Below, piece by piece: positions 1-13,469 of a DNA stretch of 64,000 bases. The first letter of the stretch is position 1. Every line of letters starts with the position of its first letter. Under the pieces are notes generated by a model, which saw only the letters and a list, made by a program, of their open reading frames with translations, ran no database searches and was not told where the DNA came from. A program made the translations under genes and the position numbers. The DNA is from Epithemia pelagica (taxonomy: Eukaryota; Protista; Bacillariophyta), in the NCBI GenBank assembly GCA_946965045.2, contig OX337231.1, forward strand, positions 2,914,001 to 2,978,000. The letters are read 5' to 3'.

Positions 1-116
1 TGTTGCGCGCTTTTATCGATGGCGTTCACTCGAAACCAAACTCTTGCGCGCACTCTCAATCAATATAATGCAGTGATGATAGGAATATCCATTGTTTGGC
101 ACAGTATTGTTCTTGT

Positions 117-875
117 CTAGGACAGCTCCACAGTCCCTTTTGGAGTCAAAAGGGTGGCGACTAATTTCGGTTCGGGTCCTTCCTTCACCACCACCAAATC
201 TTCCAATCCATGTCCGACAAGCTGGTACAAGTCTTGTAGCTTGACTGGTTGTGGGTGGTAGGCCGTCAGTTTCTGCAAGGTGCATCCAGTGGGGGCTGTC
301 GCGGCCGGTCGAACGGCAAACCACTCGCCCCAGTCGATATAAAAGGGAAGGAGTCCTCCCATGGGCAGTTCCGACCAGGACGACCTGTGTCGATCCACTG
401 CCACACGCCACGAAATTACCGCATGGTCTTGTTCATTTCGTCGACTCCCTTGTTCGACCGTGGATGGAAACAAGGACCGTGTCGTCTCGTCGTCCAAAGT
501 ACCAAGTCTCGACACCAATTTGTCAATACCAACCGTTCCAGCATTACAACAAAAGGTGGAGAGACGAGGTTGTCGGCCACCATCCACGCCAATAATCGTC
601 TGGACCGGAACTGTGGCTTGCGGATCGGGCGCAAAGAGTTCCAGGTACCGACCATCGCCGAGGGCCACAAAGGCATTGTGTGTACCGAGCGCTGTATGCT
701 TGCCTCCCACGACGGGTCGCACACCTGTCTGCACCTCAAACTCCTCCATAGCCTTGGCCAGGTCTGAAACGACATAGACGAGATGATCCACCACCAGTTT
801 CGGGGGCGTCGCGGTACTAAACGATAGTGCGTATGGACACACGAGCAAACAGAGAACCAACAGTAGCGATTGCAT
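117..875 (-). CDS. Glyoxalase-like (VOC superfamily) protein, probably plastid- or secretory-targeted
   Basis: DHLVYVVSDL...GGKHTALGTHNAFVALGDGRYLELFAPDP is the Glyoxalase_3-type signature. ATG at 875 gives a signal peptide ending ALS-F. Single exon. Confidence 0.85.
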   Translation of the reverse strand: MQSLLLVLCLLVCPYALSFSTATPPKLVVDHLVYVVSDLAKAMEEFEVQTGVRPVVGGKHTALGTHNAFVALGDGRYLELFAPDPQATVPVQTIIGVDGGRQPRLSTFCCNAGTVGIDKLVSRLGTLDDETTRSLFPSTVEQGSRRNEQDHAVISWRVAVDRHRSSWSELPMGGLLPFYIDWGEWFAVRPAATAPTGCTLQKLTAYHPQPVKLQDLYQLVGHGLEDLVVVKEGPEPKLVATLLTPKGTVELS

Positions 876-997
876 CTTTGGAGCGAAACTCTCGCCTCTT
901 GCTGCTGAAGGTGATCGTTTGCCTCGTCCTGAATTAGACCAGCGGTTTGTCGACAGTGATGCTTTTGGTCCCTGATTGCTTAATGTGGAACGAAAGT

Positions 998-1050
998 TAT
1001 ATATATATATATATATATGATTGTGTGATGGTGTGTGATGGTGTGTGATG
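998..1050. repeat. (TA)10 microsatellite followed by three copies of a ~10-bp GTGTGATGGT repeat
   Basis: Read directly at 998-1018 and 1021-1050, in the divergent intergenic spacer. Confidence 0.95.
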
Positions 1051-1157
1051 GGGGTATATGAATTGATGGCCAAGATATCCAGTCGAGAGATGAGAAAAAT
1101 GTGAGCATTTTGTTGGGTCTGGTGTTTGTTTTGCACTTACTTTTGGGTCGCGGTTAA

Positions 1158-2509
<1,352 letters not shown>

Positions 2510-2629
2510 TTGATGCCCTAGAAAATTAAAACATCTCCCTGTAAAGTCTGACGTCCTTTCCTCTCTATATCCACAACACAAAGTACTTACTTGTAGAGCC
2601 ATTTCCCCAAACCTATACTGAGTGTGTTG

Positions 2630-4280
2630 CTATGAGGCATCCTGTTTTGCCTCCGACGGTCGTGCAAACATCCAATCTTGATGAAGTACTCCATTCTTCG
2701 ACAAGGCACACGACGGCGTGACCACTTTTGACATGGCAGGGATTGTTTCGGTAACATGGCCATTTTGAAACGTTACTGCTGCAACAGCCTGCTTTTCCAA
2801 AGGAATTGTTTCATCAGTGGGGCCAATGTAGACATCTGCAACATAATGATTGATATTGGGAGCAAAGGATTTGACCTTCTCCACGTGCCTGCACTCTACG
2901 ACCGTGGTGGTTGGATAGGGAGAATCTGTGGATGATTCTTCGGTTTCGCTTTGGTTCCTTTGAGCAATGGCCAAATTCGCCAAACATGAGCAAATCCACA
3001 GTGCCCAAGCACTGACTTCCTCAACCAGGACATTACCATGAATATGGAGCCATCCTCCCGACGGCTTGAGCGCCGAGACTGCCGTTTCCCAACCCCCTTC
3101 ACTGCTGGGAAGTAACCCCAAACTGACACGGTCCATTTTATGTACCAAACCATGTTGAGCGACGAGCTCACGACAGTCCCCCTGAAACACGGTAGCCCGA
3201 TTGGACACGCCATTGTCCTCCAAGTTAAAGGAGAGTGCTTGGACGGCGTACGGATTCCATTCGCAAACATAGACATGTTTGGCCTTTCCATGAACCAAGG
3301 CAGGTAAGGTGAAGTATCCAATGCCACCGTACATGTCCAGAACTGTTTCATTCGGTCGTACCATCTTTCCAAACCGAACCTTCTCTGTAATGTTGCCGCG
3401 ACTAAACATGACTCTCGTAAGATCAAATGATTGTCGTATTCCTTGCTCTGTAACTGTGATCCACCCTGGAGACTCGGGACCTTGACATGAAAATGCAACA
3501 TCAATTAGGAAAACGAGATTTAGTTAGCATGAGAGCCAAGAGGGAGGCCACGCGACCAGTCACCATTGAATGCACACCTGTCAGTTCAGAAAGATCATCA
3601 CTCGTCAAGGGCCAAACGATTTTGTAGTTGCTCTCGCGAGTCCCACTTTCAGGAAGGATATCTCCTTTTCGCACAATTCTGGGGCTCTTGTAGAAGGAAG
3701 CAAGCTGTTCCCAGACCTCACACAAAAGCTGGTCGCGGAACGTCTTTAGTTCTTGGTCCAACCATTCCGAAAATGAATGCTCTTCGTCAAAAGATAGAGC
3801 TTGACGTGGAATCACTAGAGTTCGATCATCCCCAAGTAACTCCAGCCTTTTTGGACAGCACTTTGGCGACAATGTCCTTATTTGAGTCCATATTTCAGGT
3901 TCCGAGCAAGAAGGCAACAGTTGTTGAATCGCCTTACAAATGGCATGTTCCACCGGGGAGCTTGCCTCGATTTCATCCCCAATCAAATCTTTCGTTTTCG
4001 GCGTCAATGGAAGTTGATTGTTTCCAAGGACAGAAGTGCTGTAAGGACAAAACTGTCTTCCTGTGGCTAGAAAGCCATCGCAAGAGGAAAACGTGAATCC
4101 AGCGTTGGCATCAATCCGTACGGGAATCGCAATCGAATCCTTTTGATCTTCGGACAAAGAAGGTGTCATTCGAAAGCGCTTGTCCAAGACATGTCTTTCT
4201 TCCAGCCATTCTTTGGCCTTCTTTGCGAAATGGCGTCTAACAAACACAACATCCGTAAAGTCACCTTTGGGCTTTTCCAT
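2630..4280 (-). CDS. TYW2: tRNA wybutosine-synthesis protein 2 (Trm12/Met-10+ family SAM-dependent transferase); exons 4280-3578 and 3480-2630
   Basis: SFDLTRVMFSRGNITEK, VLDMYGGIGYFTLP, CEWNP, DRVSLGLLPSSEGGW, GGWLHIHGNV and VKSFAP. Intron 3481-3577 joins the frames (518 codons). Confidence 0.88.
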
Positions 4281-4790
4281 GTCCTCAATTCAGAAATCAA
4301 CTTTCATGGTCGTCGTGTTGGGGAGGCCATGTGACGACGACGAAATCTTTCTGTTCGAGTGTCTAAGGGGACGCAACGGCGACCATATCTACCCCAGCTA
4401 TGTAACGCCCGCTCCATGATAGTGTCATGGCGCCAGGGCAGTCGGTCGACTTAACCCCAGGCGGTAGAGCGGCAGCTGGAAGAATAGATTCAAACGTTTT
4501 TCTTCCAGGTTCCAGGTGATCTTAAGGTGTACTCCTAACGTTGCCTGCTTTTCTTCTCAAGGTTTGGGTAGACTACAGAGAAATCTTTTTGATTTTGGAC
4601 CATATTTTCAATAGAACTATTTACTCAATCTACTCGATCGATGAATCAACAATTATCCTACGTCACTTTTGGATATCCGCCGATAGCATCGTGTTCCTGT
4701 AGCTCATACCTGCTTAGCGAGAAGAAACGGGGACTGAGCATGCACAATGCATTGTTGCTTTGAGAGTCTGCTCTCTGTGTTGGATACCTC

Positions 4791-6026
4791 TCATCCAACA
4801 ACAAGATAGTCTGCCAGAGGAAGAACCCCACCGGTGGACGATGGCAGCACACGCTTCTCTGGATCTGTTCGGTCGATCCCATCTTTCAAGTACCGAAGTT
4901 GCAAGGTGATCCTATCGGGTCGACTGGCAGAATTGGCACCTTGCATACCCAGGACAGATCCAGGTGGTCGCGAGTCAACGAGAGTAGGATTCAACAAAAT
5001 GGCAACACAGCACTTGTCTCCTCCTTGCACCATGCGGGCATACCGTCCGGGAATACCCTTGCCAAACTTGACGTGGTCAGCCCCCACCAATCCAACCAAG
5101 AGTCCACCTGGATTGGCCTCGGTCCAGGCAAAGGCTCGATTGGCCATGGTCTCGTCCCACAAAATACGTCCACTGAGGAAATTGCGAAAGGACATTTGTT
5201 GATCCAGTTGTTCTCCCGACATTTTCTTGTTGAGTAGGCCGAGTTCGAGATGAAGATTGTAACTTGGTCGAATAACGTAGTCCACATAGGTTCCAAACGC
5301 AGAGTTTGAGGCAAAGGATGCAAACCCCGAAGCGTCGGGCACGTAACTGGCGAGTGTTTGACGAGGAAGCGCTGGTAATCCACCCTCTTCGACAAAGGAC
5401 AAATCTTCCGAGTTTACGTTCAGAGCAATGAGAGGGATTCTCAGTTGCTGAGCTGTTTCAAATAGCTCTCTATAAATTTCAAACGACCAGACCCAACGCT
5501 TGTCCCATTCGACCAGGTCTTTCAGTTCATCTGCCGACCATTTACCGGCAACGAATTCGTCCAACACATGCTGGTACTGAACTTGGACCTGCTCGAGGCC
5601 CACTGCGACCTTTCTCCCTTTCTTGATTCGATCCGAGTGAAGCTCTCGAATCAATTTTGTTTGAATGACGTGGTCCTGATTTGAATTGTGGTGTTCACCG
5701 AGCCATACTGCACCACCACGTTTGGAAGAAAGAAGCTTTCGAAACAATGACTCGTTGACTGTCTCGAGCGAGGGATTGAGCGTCTTGCTCGCATCCGGAA
5801 CAACATGGTATATCGTAAAGTCTCCATCCTTTTGCACTTTTTCGGACGCAAAGGCAGGAGAAGGATGTTGCCATTTCGGATCGACCGCAGCCAAGGACGC
5901 TATGCCAGTGACGGTTGTGAGAAAGTTTCTGCGAACAACATGGGGTGAAGGTGTTTGTCCGTTCCAACCAAGAACAGCAGTTACAAGGCAGAATGCCATA
6001 AGATTGAAGAAAGGAGTTGCAGCCAT
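4791..6026 (-). CDS. ChaN/Tiki-superfamily haem-binding-uptake-like protein, probably plastid-targeted
   Basis: VWLGEHHNSNQDH, VAVGLEQV, WDKRWVWSFEIYRELF, IALNV, LWDETMA and VGLVGADHVKFG motifs. Signal peptide ends VLG-W. The open frame extends to 6068. Confidence 0.75.
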   Translation of the reverse strand: MAATPFFNLMAFCLVTAVLGWNGQTPSPHVVRRNFLTTVTGIASLAAVDPKWQHPSPAFASEKVQKDGDFTIYHVVPDASKTLNPSLETVNESLFRKLLSSKRGGAVWLGEHHNSNQDHVIQTKLIRELHSDRIKKGRKVAVGLEQVQVQYQHVLDEFVAGKWSADELKDLVEWDKRWVWSFEIYRELFETAQQLRIPLIALNVNSEDLSFVEEGGLPALPRQTLASYVPDASGFASFASNSAFGTYVDYVIRPSYNLHLELGLLNKKMSGEQLDQQMSFRNFLSGRILWDETMANRAFAWTEANPGGLLVGLVGADHVKFGKGIPGRYARMVQGGDKCCVAILLNPTLVDSRPPGSVLGMQGANSASRPDRITLQLRYLKDGIDRTDPEKRVLPSSTGGVLPLADYLVVG

Positions 6027-6362
6027 GATAACATACGGCGTGTTGTTCGAAAAGATCTTTACGACCAAAGCTGTAAGAGCAAGATCATGGCGAACGGCGA
6101 CGTTCTTCGTTCTTCGAATAGAACTGTCGGCAAAAAAAAAGGGAATAGTCTATTCTTCCAGCTGCCGCGCCTACCCGCTAGGGTACGGTCGACCGCTATT
6201 TTCTGACATGGCATGGGTTGTGCGACTGAATAAAATGACAGGATCGAAAAACTGCTTCCAAGGTCTGTACTTTGTACGTAGCAGACAGCCGCATAGCCAC
6301 TGAACATTTTTTTATACATCAATGCCATCCAACTAAGACAGAAAAACATTCAACGATCGACC

Positions 6363-7427
6363 ATGGCGGGCAAAAAGTCAAACGCCCGAATCAAACGAAT
6401 GATGAAGCGAGCAGAAGCACGTGGTGAGGTATATACGCCACCACAGTACGACGCTGACAAGGGGATGAACGATAAAGAGGGAAATGGTCGCCTTGAAAAA
6501 GAAACAGAAGAACACAAAGAGAAAACGCAACAAGCACCACCAGCATTGTCGGCTGATAAGGTCAAGCTAAAGGCTGCTCAAACGCTGCAGGAATCACTTG
6601 ACAGAATTCAAGCTGATACAAATCTGAAGTCGAAGGATAGAAGATCTGCCAAACGAAAAGCAGAAGCGATTGCCGCCGAAGAAAGTGGCTATTCGGCTAG
6701 CGAGCTTATTCTTTGGTACGACGAGTACAAACAACAAAAAGAAAATAAGGAACAGGACAACCATACTCAGAACTCCTCAAAGGGTAGCAAACGAAAGAAA
6801 CGCAACCCGTATATTGTCTTTGTGGGTCAACTCTCCTATGAGACTTCCAAAGTTGCGATTTTTCGGCATTTCCAAAAAGAACTCGGAGAAGAATTCGACA
6901 TTTCAGAAGAGACGGTAATGGTGAGGCTTTTGACGGATCAGAAAACAAAAAAGTCTCGAGGCATGGCTTTTGTTGAGGTGAATGACCCTGAGCTTTTGTA
7001 TGCATGTTTGAAGTTGCATCATACCTTTCTGGAAGGGCGACGAATCAACGTAGAGCGTAGCGCCGGAGGTAAATCAAACAGCGAAGCACGCAAATCCAAA
7101 ATACAAAAGCTTCGATCGGATCAAACAGAACACTTCAATTCGGTTATCGATTCGGTTTTCTCTGAATACTACGAAAATGGATCCATTCAAAAGAGAGAGC
7201 TGGACGACGGCGTTGTCGCTCTGTGCAAACGGCACTCTGCATCAGTTGTTCAGGCAGCACTTGAAGAGTATGTGGAAAAGCATGGTTGCGACATGGACAA
7301 CTCAAGCGCCTATTTGACGTTTCTTTTAGGAAAGATGGCCGAAGAAGGGGTCCGTAAGAAAGACAGCAACGGCGAGAATTCCCAGAAACGATCTAAAGAA
7401 ACACCCGAACGGCGTACGAGGGTCTGA
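6363..7427 (+). CDS. RRM-domain RNA-binding protein (Lys/Arg-rich, possibly nucleolar)
   Basis: RNP2 IVFVGQL, RNP1 SRGMAFVEV and LEGRRINVERSAGG. Confidence 0.8.
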   Translation: MAGKKSNARIKRMMKRAEARGEVYTPPQYDADKGMNDKEGNGRLEKETEEHKEKTQQAPPALSADKVKLKAAQTLQESLDRIQADTNLKSKDRRSAKRKAEAIAAEESGYSASELILWYDEYKQQKENKEQDNHTQNSSKGSKRKKRNPYIVFVGQLSYETSKVAIFRHFQKELGEEFDISEETVMVRLLTDQKTKKSRGMAFVEVNDPELLYACLKLHHTFLEGRRINVERSAGGKSNSEARKSKIQKLRSDQTEHFNSVIDSVFSEYYENGSIQKRELDDGVVALCKRHSASVVQAALEEYVEKHGCDMDNSSAYLTFLLGKMAEEGVRKKDSNGENSQKRSKETPERRTRV

Positions 7428-7471
7428 AATGGCCAACACAGTTTGACACAAAAAGTGATGACACTCACTGA

Positions 7472-8734
7472 TTATGGGTTCTTCGGTTGACTGTTAACGG
7501 CTTTTGGACGACCGCGCTTTTTGGGACTCCAATTGAAACCCAGGGCTTCCAACTGCTTCCTCCTTTTCTCTGCATATGGTCCGCGAAGGTAGGCTCCCTT
7601 GAGTCGAACATCTTTGAGTCTTTGACCGAGCGGGAGACCCCATAAATGTTCCGGCCACGGCCAATTGTCCTTTTCGATAATGTCGTCTGGTGGAGCGGGA
7701 ACTTTGAAGTGATATGGCACGTCGAGTTTTCTATTGTTGATTCTCGAGTAGATGGCAGCGGCATGAGACACTCGCAACCAACCAATATCCGCGTTTCCAC
7801 TCCAGTGAAATCCAAGGTCGTCCAGCATTTTTCGACGAAACGACTTGCCTTTGACATAAAGCTGCTTTTGACGCACAGCCACACATTTTGCCCCAAGAGG
7901 ATATCCGCACATCCCGCTTGGCCAATCCTTTGTTCGGGGAACTTTGTACGTGGACGGTACACGTAACGGCTTATTCGGACCATCACTAAAAGAACCCGAG
8001 GAAGTCAATTGTGCGTAGTGCCTTAGTGCTCGATAAAAGGTGCGGTAGCGCAATTCATGTACATCCCACACAAAACCTAGCCCATCTAGTTGGTCACGTC
8101 GAGAAGCAGCACTACTACCCCTTACAAAATCATGTCGAGCTCGAATTCGATAAACGCAATCTCCAAGCGCTATACCCCAAGTTGCTTTCGACCATTCGTT
8201 GCTGTGGGGCACCACGAATTTATGAGGGACAAGAACATGACCGTGTAGTGATGAGAATGTGATTAATGCCTCTAGCACAAGATTCCACTCTGACTGCAAA
8301 CGTTCCCAGACAAAACCGAGTTCGTTTAGCTGAGCGACACGTTCTGGTCTTTGTTTGACATGATCCTGCCACCAATTCATGTTGTAAACAGTACAGGCGA
8401 GAGGAACTCCATGCCAAGGTCTCGGAAAACGATCGTCCGCCGGAACCACGTATCGACGAGGTATGACCAAGTCTCCATGAACCGATTTATAGGCCCGAAG
8501 AACTTCCAGCGCAGACTCGTAGGACGAGGGATCGTCTCTAAAGTCTCGTCGTGGACCAGTTGCTTGTTTCTCAGCTGTCGATGCATGTGCTTTCGCCATC
8601 GTGCCATGCCGAGTGAATGAAAGTTGCTTTGCCCCATCAGTCTTTTTTAAAATTTGAATTGAACCCCATGGTGTCAAGCCACTGGAGGACTTGCATAACC
8701 ATAAAAGAACAAAGGAACCAAACGCAACATTCAT
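7472..8734 (-). CDS. Tandem helicase-associated (HA) domain protein with a predicted targeting presequence
   Basis: About four repeats of the pattern L..Y...HG.L.VP..Y.VP...WP..L.G..LG.......R...L..LGF.W. No helicase core. Hydrophobic N-terminus. Confidence 0.75.
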   Translation of the reverse strand: MNVAFGSFVLLWLCKSSSGLTPWGSIQILKKTDGAKQLSFTRHGTMAKAHASTAEKQATGPRRDFRDDPSSYESALEVLRAYKSVHGDLVIPRRYVVPADDRFPRPWHGVPLACTVYNMNWWQDHVKQRPERVAQLNELGFVWERLQSEWNLVLEALITFSSLHGHVLVPHKFVVPHSNEWSKATWGIALGDCVYRIRARHDFVRGSSAASRRDQLDGLGFVWDVHELRYRTFYRALRHYAQLTSSGSFSDGPNKPLRVPSTYKVPRTKDWPSGMCGYPLGAKCVAVRQKQLYVKGKSFRRKMLDDLGFHWSGNADIGWLRVSHAAAIYSRINNRKLDVPYHFKVPAPPDDIIEKDNWPWPEHLWGLPLGQRLKDVRLKGAYLRGPYAEKRRKQLEALGFNWSPKKRGRPKAVNSQPKNP

Positions 8735-9032
8735 TAAAGCTGTTGTAATTTGTAATCAATCGAACTCATCCATGAGACCAGAAAGAATTGTCCATTGCGA
8801 ATGTTGCAAGTACGTGCGTATGTCATGCGATTGAGGGGGAGAAGACGGACAGACGGACAGGGAACCATATGGGCTATCCCATCTACCCTGCTTCGATGAA
8901 TTCTGTGGAGTAGGAGTAGGAATAGGTATGCACGCCATGGTCACAGGGAAGGCGTCCATCCAAACAGCTCTCGTACCCAAAGCAATAAGGGTAAAACTTC
9001 CAAGAGTTTGACATCTCGCCAGTCTCCCCAAT

Positions 9033-10076
9033 TCACAGGCCTCGTCCAACGCTCAAATTCTTGAAAAAATAACCAATGTTTGCTGCATTTCCAGCCCAGA
9101 ACGGATTCCATCGTTTTCCAACGTCTTCATAACTTTCAGTCCTGTAGAGCTCATAAGCAGGTTTGTTGTCGGGGTCAACATGGAGATAAAGACGCGAGTA
9201 GCCCCAGTAATCTATGAAAACGCAAAGTAGGTCTTTGAGAGTACGGCATAGCATCAGATCTCGGTGCTTCTCTGACATTTACTTACCGGCGATGGACTCA
9301 ACGCAATGTACCAAAGCACGGCCAATTCCTTTGCCTCGATAACGTTCGTCGACGCAGAGAGAACTCAAATACGGCATTAGGTCTCCTGCCATGCTGTCCC
9401 CCAAACCAAGTTGAGAAGCAATTTTGCGTTCCATACGGTCCAACCAAGGTAAACTGAAAGGTATTTTGGCGTCGCAAAGTTCAAGGCGAAGTTCTACCGA
9501 GGCAATAACATCAATTTCGGAACTTTTTTCATCTTTCTTTCGAGCCAAAAGAAGAATTAGACATGTCTTTGATGATGTCTGGATTTTTTCCTTGCGCGAA
9601 AGTCCATTTAGATCCGGTGCAGATACATCCATCTTGGTTCTAATTCGATAATCCAGACGTTGACGAAGACCAGTAAGAACCTCTGCAAATGCAATCAAAC
9701 CAGAGTACCCATTAACGAGTTCAACAGCAGGGGCCATTACCAGACGCTCAAAGGAACTTATATCTTGGCTGATCCTGACGGGATCTACGCCGAAGCTTTC
9801 AACGATGAACCTAGAGGCATCCGGTAAATCAGAATCCTCCGCCAAACACAGTTCATAAATTGATCCATCTTCTGTCATAAATTGTCCATCTTGGTCCAGG
9901 CTGCAACGCGATGACGGATCCTCTAAGAAGTGCAACTCATCACTGAATCTCGAGATTGGGACCAAGCAAAGCGGTGTACTTCTTGAGCACCCACGATGGT
10001 AAGTCCCCAGAGCAAACCCATCAACTCCGTGGATAGGCGCACATAGCCAGAAGAGAAGTGAAAGTCCTAATATCAT
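9033..10076 (-). CDS. GNAT-family acetyltransferase with signal/plastid presequence; exons 10076-9287 and 9211-9033
   Basis: PYLSSLCVDERYRGKGIGRALV (motif A) and LYLHVDPDNKPAYELY. Intron 9212-9286 restores the frame (323 codons). Confidence 0.85.
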
Positions 10077-10292
10077 TGATAACGTGTTTTTATCGCGTTG
10101 TTCGACGACTTGTGCACAAAAATGAGGACGAAAGTCAAATACAAGTACCACACCCCCACATTACATTGGGGGTGGGCAATCATAAAAAGAGGAAACTAAT
10201 TGATTACTAGAGAGGAGTATTTTCTAGGAGTATTATCTTATTATCTGCTTTCAAGCAACCAGAAAGATGATGTAGCATAACGCGGAACACTG

Positions 10293-11383
10293 TTATCGAT
10301 CTCCAAAAAGGCTGTTCCAGATACCAGAAAGCCCTTCACCCTCAGGCTCAGCAGATTTTGGTTTTCGAAAGGGCACCAGGCCAGACTCAAACTTGTTGCG
10401 CAAATCATACACAAATTCAAGAGATGCACGTTCCGCTTCTGTGAGTTCTGGATGCCAGAAATCAATGATCAAAACGTGACGATCTGAAGAGGAGGGGTTC
10501 CCGGTTGAGTGAGTAAAAGATGTATCAAGTGTCGTCAATTTGCCTTCTTCCCAACTTCTTCGCTCTTCTCCCACCTCGATCCAGCACCCCTCGGGGATTT
10601 TCAAGCCTAAATGAGAAGTTAAAATAAAGTTTCTCCCGTCGCTGTGTGGTTGGACGCCAGAGGATGGCGCCTGGCGGGCAAAACAGACGCCTCTCACAGC
10701 TAGTGGTATCCGAAGTGATCGTATGAGTTCAAAAGTTTTGGGGAATTCCTTACAGTTCTCCGTGTTCCATACTCCAAGCCTCTGAAGACGAATGGCGCTC
10801 CACCCGCCTCCCATTACCTGGTTTTGCCACACTGAATCTGAAGAAAATTTGTTGGAGTTCAAAAGCTTTTCTTCGAACTCTTCTTGAATGATATGGGCTT
10901 TGGCTTCGAGTTCCTCCGCCCAAGGAAACAAGTCCAGATTTTCTCGTACATCCCAGAATGGTTTAGATGTTAGACCTTCAACATTCTCCTCGGATGGTGC
11001 ATGGCCTGGGATCTTCCGCGTGGGAGGAGGAACTATGCCCTGTGCGCTGAAAGAACAGTTAAATGACGCGTTTTGGACATAACATGACAAAAAACTTTAA
11101 AGACTTACCTCAAGGCAAATTGGTTAATTCTTTCAAGGGACTGCCCTTTCTTCTCATAGTAGTTCTCTATATCAGCCAATCCTGTTTCAACGTCCTCCCA
11201 GAACTGTTGTTGGCGTTCTGTAAGGGCTCTGATAAGGAAAAGATTTCTGCCAGTGGTCTGCGTCGAGCGAAATTCAAAATGGGGAGGGGAGAATGCAGAT
11301 ACATAATGCGTTAGGGAAAGGGTCAGGTAGATCTGAAGAAGGACTTTCAAGGTGATCGATGGTATCATTCTCGCAGTGTGCAT
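10293..11383 (-). CDS. Aspartyl/asparaginyl beta-hydroxylase-family 2OG-Fe(II) dioxygenase, plastid-targeted; exons 11383-11109 and 11046-10293
   Basis: VQPHSDGRNFILTSHLGL, WEEGK..LDTSFTHST and RHVLIIDFWHPELT. Presequence VSA-FSP. Intron 11047-11108. Confidence 0.88.
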
Positions 11384-11635
11384 CGCCTTGTTGATTGCCT
11401 ATCTCTTGATCGGTTCAAAGCAGGAGGAGATGTTGATGCCAACGGCGCCTATGACGTCAGCCCATCTTCAGTCGCTCGCTCTGCACCTACTCTTAGGTAG
11501 CATTGCTAGTTGCTACTCCTAGAGGAGTAGATTAGGCGTACCCACCATCCGATGCCTCGGTTTCTGCGTTAGGAGTACTTACTCCTAGGAAACCGTTCAT
11601 CTATTATAGATGAGAGAACAAACAACGCTTTATCA

Positions 11636-13297
11636 TTATGTGCATCGCACTTGGAACACACCGGATTTGGTTATGTTTCTAGGAGAAACAACCGTAGAAT
11701 GACATCAACCAATCATACACAATAGGAAACAACAAACCAAACATCAACAATCACAAGTGAATCAACAAGATAAGAAAACAAGGTAACATTCCAAAAAGAG
11801 CAACACGACAAACAACCCATCGTGGCTCTACTAAAAGCGAGAACGTCACGCGCACAAAACGTACCTTACTCCTTTATACGGACGGTAGTTCTCTCCTTGG
11901 ACGGAAAGACCGCTCACTGACAAACCGGAAACGGATGCCAAGGGAATCTTCCAACTCAATGATAGATTGGGAGTAGAAATCCGATCCATGCCATCGGAAG
12001 ATGAATCTTCCATTTTGCGAGTACCACTGGAAGCACCTGCTGTCGTTACGGTGAAGCTACAGGTCAAACTTGCCTTTTTCGAGCTTTCCATTTTCCCCAA
12101 AGTCCATCGTGCTACTTTTCCTGCTTCATCAAAAATGACACTTCCCATGGAGACCTGGAAGTCGGAGGTCGACCGAGTTTGTTTCGGGAAGGGTATAGTG
12201 ACTGCGACATCTTCTACAACCAAGGGTCCCTTGCGAGAGGCCGACAAGATCAAACTACTCAAATTTGTCACTCCACAAAACAAAGTAATGCGACCCGTTG
12301 TAGAAGCTTTCGATCCTTTTTCATCCGATGAGACAGTCCCAGGGATCGAAGATTTGTTGTTTGCTTCACTGCTAGCAAAACTCAACTGAGAATGGCAAAA
12401 CACTGGTGGAGAAAAGTTTCGTGTTTGCTCCGGCTTGATTCGATAGCGCATCAGTTCAAAGTTGCCATCGGGAGGGACAAAGCTTACGACCTGGTCCTTC
12501 TCAAAGACGGCATATCGGACGCAGGGATGAAAACTGCAATCATCAATTAATCCTGGCTCTTTGAAGGTCAGTAGAAGATCTGGAATACCAGATAAATGTG
12601 ACTGACATTGGATACTTCCGCTGACATCCGAAGATACAATTGCACCCGTCGACGAAACAATGGCATCCACCTCCTCTACAATATCCATATAGATCTCATT
12701 CTGTGAATATTGGACACCTGCTGCTCTCCAAGGCATGTTACTGACTGTACCACTTGGAAGTTCGTCGCTCACAATGGTAGACGAGGTTTGGAGTAGCTTG
12801 CTCATGACTGTGGGGGGACGTATCATGGCTTTGAGTGCATTGGGCTCTGTTGTCAAAGGCCATCCGTAATCAACCATTTCCTCTAGCAGCTGATAAACGG
12901 TCGAAAAGTTGTCCTTGATTGCCGATTCGTCTGCGGGGGAGCCAAAGTACTCGAGAAAAATGTTGTAGACTCGATGAAGAAATTCTAATATCAACAGAGG
13001 ACTGACTTCGGCGGGACAGACCGCCAGATAACTCACACCATCTCTTAGAATGGATATGAGATAGAGAGTCCCATGATCCGACTCGGGAACTTCCATCACC
13101 GGCGGGACGGAGTCGTAGTGCTGCTGTTGATCCAGTAAAAGACTAGTTGCCGCCGACACACCACCATGGTGATTGATGGAAACACTTGCTTGTTCCCAGA
13201 AAGTATCACAGACTGAACGTGATGTTACAATGCCTCGGAAATGACGTTCAATCAAGACTTCGCCGACAGGAGAGAGCAAAAACAAAGACTGTATCAT
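11636..13297 (-). CDS. AP3M: AP-3 adaptor complex medium (mu) subunit; exons 13297-11865 and 11678-11636
   Basis: MIQSLFLLSPVGEVLIE, DNFSTVYQLLEEMVDYGWPLTTEPNAL, NEIYMDIVEE, DDCSFHPCVR and SFVPPDGNFELM. Intron 11679-11864 restores the C-terminus YKGVRNITKSGVFQVRCT*. Confidence 0.93.
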
Positions 13298-13469
13298 GGT
13301 CGTTGTGTCTGGATCTAGATCGAAAAAAATTGTGCCCTCATTTGGGGGGAGCAACGCGACTGGAGGAGAGGGGAGAATAAAAAATGAGGGTGAAAAGTGA
13401 AGAAGAAGGGGCCATGACATCACATCACACGTTCGTTCGTCTCTGTCAGCGCGGAAGTCAAGGTGAGGC

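Noticed and set aside
4440-4500. tRNA-like GGTAGAGCG...TTCAAA stretch
   Set aside because: No acceptor stem, anticodon arm or proper T-arm can be formed.
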